This document shows positions 61,672 through 64,000 of a stretch of DNA of 64,000 nt, in pieces. Position numbers and translations under genes: made by a program. A model generated the notes under the pieces. It saw nothing but the letters and a program-made list of their open reading frames with translations, did no database searches and was not told where the DNA came from. Numbering within the stretch: the stretch's first letter is position 1; every line of letters begins with the position of its first letter. Source of the DNA: Vulcanimicrobiota bacterium (GTDB lineage: Bacteria; Vulcanimicrobiota; Vulcanimicrobiia; Vulcanimicrobiales; Vulcanimicrobiaceae); assembly GCA_963723515.1 (NCBI GenBank), contig CAVRQT010000001.1:1-64000 (forward strand), written 5' to 3'.

Positions 61672-62717
61672 TACATCCGGCACAAGCGGTCGCTCGACCG
61701 CAGATCCGTGAGGTTTTGCGCGCCGACGCAGAACATCGCAATGCGCAGGGTTTGCACGATTTCACGTGCGCAATCGTCGCCCGCAACGCTCCCTTGCGCG
61801 GCTGCTTTCAAGAACGGCGCCGCAACGCCGGCCAGATCCGCGCCGAGCGCAATCGCCTTCGCGACGTCGATTCCGTCGCGGATGCCGCCGCTTGCGAAGA
61901 TTAGCTGAGATGGCGCCGCAGCGCGCGCGGCGATAAGACAATCCGCCGTCGGGATGCCCCATGTCGCAAAGGCGCCCGCCACGCGCGCGCGCCACGGCTC
62001 AGAAAGGCGATGCCGCTCGACTTCACTCCAGGATGTTCCGCCTGCGCCGGCCACATCCACCGCGCTGACGCCCGCATCAAAGAGCGCCTTGGTAACGTCC
62101 GCTGAAAGTCCCCAGCCCACTTCCTTCACAACGACGGGCACATCGATTGCCTTGCAGACCGCTTCGATCTGAAAGAGCAAGCCGCCAAAAACCGTGTCGC
62201 CCTCCGACTGTACCGCCTCTTGCAGCGGATTGAGATGCAGAATCAGCGCATCGGCCTGCAATAATTCGACAATCTTCGCGCATTGGGAGGCTGCGTACCC
62301 GCGATTCAATTGCACGGCGCCAAGATTCGCAAAGAGCAAGGCGTCCGGCGCGATGCCGCGCACATCGAAGGTTGCCAGCAGTTCAGGATGTTCGAGAAGC
62401 GCGCGACCGGAGCCGAGGCCCATCGCGAGCCGGTGCTCTTGTGCCACCGATGCCAATGTGCGATTGATCGCCTGCGCCTCCGGCGTACCGCCGGTCATGC
62501 TGGAAATCAGAACCGGCGCGTTCAACGTGCGTCCGTAAAGCTCGCAGGCTGTGCTGACTTGATCGAGATCGATTTCCGGCAGAGCGCAGTGGCGAAAACG
62601 GAAGGCTTCAAAACCGTTTGTGATTCCTTTTGAACGCACATCCTGCTCGAGATTGATTCGCAGATGATCTGCTTTGCGCGACGGAGTTCCGTCGACTTCT
62701 TTCTCGAGGCGTCTCAC
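61671..62717 (-). CDS. fni: Type 2 isopentenyl-diphosphate delta-isomerase
   Basis: RKADHL, SMTGG, HLNPLQE, KEVGWG, GAGGTSW, ASGGIRDG. Confidence 0.95.
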   Translation of the reverse strand: MRRLEKEVDGTPSRKADHLRINLEQDVRSKGITNGFEAFRFRHCALPEIDLDQVSTACELYGRTLNAPVLISSMTGGTPEAQAINRTLASVAQEHRLAMGLGSGRALLEHPELLATFDVRGIAPDALLFANLGAVQLNRGYAASQCAKIVELLQADALILHLNPLQEAVQSEGDTVFGGLLFQIEAVCKAIDVPVVVKEVGWGLSADVTKALFDAGVSAVDVAGAGGTSWSEVERHRLSEPWRARVAGAFATWGIPTADCLIAARAAAPSQLIFASGGIRDGIDVAKAIALGADLAGVAAPFLKAAAQGSVAGDDCAREIVQTLRIAMFCVGAQNLTDLRSSDRLCRM

Positions 62718-62779
62718 CTGACGACCATCCCTCAATTCCTGAAAATGCTCCTGCACCAGCGGCGCGAATAGGAGCGCGC

Positions 62780-63616
62780 ATGCGCATCGGTTCTCCCGAA
62801 CATCGCGACCTTTTTTGCCGGTGGTTTATCGGAACGCACACGGCGTACGAGCCGGAGGAGCTTCCGTGGCCGGAGCTGGATGAGGATTCGCTGCAGTTGC
62901 TGCGCTCGATTCCGATTTGGAGCATGGCCTTGCAGGTTGAGTTAAACGCGGGCGTGATGGTCAACGGCTTTGCGAAGGGGCAAAGCGACGCGGTCATTCG
63001 CGAGGCGGTCGCATTGCAGGGTTATGAGGAAAATCGGCACGCGCGCATGATCGCCACGCTTGTCGACCGTTACCAATTACAGGCAGTGCGCGAGGAGCCG
63101 TCGGTCAATCCAACGCGCCGCGCCTTCATCGATTTCGGTTACAACGAATGTTTGGACTCCTTTTTCGGCTTCGGAATATTTCGGCTTGCGCGCGAAGCAC
63201 GGATTCTGCCGGAGAGCTTGACGTCGTTGTTCTCAAGGGTGCTCTACGAAGAAGCTCGTCACATCGTCTTTTTCGTCAATTGGATCGCGTACGAGCGGGC
63301 GGTGCGGGGCTATGGGTCGCTGAAGAATACGGCGGCCACCGCGCTCGGATACGTTCGCGCGCTGATGAAGACGATCGGGCGAGCCAAAGAGGCCAAGCCA
63401 CAGAGCGGCGTCTACAATGCGCCGGACGTCATCAAAGGGTTGACGTTCAGCGCATTTCTGCAGGCATGTTTGACCGAAAACGATGCGAACATGGCCAACT
63501 TTGATTCCGATCTCTTGCGGCCGCGCGTCATTCCGGCAATCGCGCAGTCGGTCTTAAGCGTCATTCAAACAGGCGGACGGATCAAGGAATTGGCGCGCGC
63601 CCGCGCGACCCGTTAG
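62780..63616 (+). CDS. Ferritin-like (diiron) domain protein
   Basis: Two EExxH motifs (EENRH, EEARH) plus E in ALQVE and YNECLD. Confidence 0.8.
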   Translation: MRIGSPEHRDLFCRWFIGTHTAYEPEELPWPELDEDSLQLLRSIPIWSMALQVELNAGVMVNGFAKGQSDAVIREAVALQGYEENRHARMIATLVDRYQLQAVREEPSVNPTRRAFIDFGYNECLDSFFGFGIFRLAREARILPESLTSLFSRVLYEEARHIVFFVNWIAYERAVRGYGSLKNTAATALGYVRALMKTIGRAKEAKPQSGVYNAPDVIKGLTFSAFLQACLTENDANMANFDSDLLRPRVIPAIAQSVLSVIQTGGRIKELARARATR

Positions 63617-63619
63617 CGC

Positions 63620-64000
63620 GACTGCTCGAACGCTGATCGTCTCTGCGGATGACTTCGGCCTGAGCGCCGAGGTCAACGAAGCGATCGAACGCGCGCATAG
63701 CGACGGCATTCTTCGCGCGGCGAGTCTCATGGTGTCGGCGCCGGCAACCGCCGATGCGGTCGAGCGGGCGCACCGTTTGCCGGAACTGCGCGTCGGATTG
63801 CATTTGGTGCTCGTTAACGGCCGGGCGACCTTACCGCCGGAGCGAGTTCCCGACTTGGTCGATGAAGACGGCAATTTTTCGAGCGACCTGGGTGGCGCCG
63901 GCGTGCGATATTTCTTCGACCGCCGCGCGCGCCGGCAACTCGAAGCGGAGATTCGCGCGCAATTTGAGGCCTTTGCACGCACCGGTTTAGCGCTCGACCA
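63620..64000 (+). CDS. hpnK: HpnK (ChbG/YdjC family) deacetylase, partial; start not resolved
   Basis: My translation from 63633: LIVSADDFGLSAEVNEAIERAHSDGILRAASLMV..VGLHLVLV..EIRAQFEAF. Confidence 0.88.

Noticed and set aside
60867..61904. Long antisense or alternate-frame ORFs here and elsewhere (e.g. 27962-28765, 57467-58363, 52265-53125)
   Set aside because: Shadow ORFs expected in GC-rich DNA opposite well-supported genes; no recognisable motifs.

Overview
The window looks like a long-read or metagenomic contig end with many indel errors, dense before about 19 kb and rare after. It has two parts. (1) About 1-5594 is very GC-rich, actinobacterial-style DNA. It carries a pSAM2-like actinomycete integrative element core (repSA-xis-int, frameshifted) and a CutRS-like two-component pair. 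It joins abruptly, mid-gene, to part 2. (2) About 5594-64000 is chromosome of a probable diderm Terrabacterium. The gene content (TolC, beta-barrel and stalk-domain proteins, tandem family-5 solute-binding lipoproteins, Firmicutes-like miaB-mutS-mutL-miaA-hfq order, hopanoid cluster) suggests Eremiobacterota/Vulcanimicrobiota; this is an inference. Part 2 contains housekeeping genes (der, plsY, efp, miaB, mutS, mutL, miaA, hfq, dapF, uvrC), tRNA-Pro(CGG), tmRNA (tag ANNQYALAA), an AbrB/Doc toxin-antitoxin pair, and a hopanoid cluster (fni-hpnCDE-shc-hpnH-hpnA-hpnG, with a divergent ferritin-like gene and hpnK). The best leads are: a 165-bp MITE-like element with a TAA duplication whose right end supplies the RBS of the next gene; a dispersed AT-rich palindrome with compensatory changes; a one-piece tmRNA with an alphaproteobacterial-type GGCAGUU T-loop; a secreted Tyr/Pro/Gln/Asn multi-repeat protein; and a stalk-domain/beta-barrel protein that could be an OmpM-like outer-membrane tether with a structured leader. 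No CRISPR array was found.
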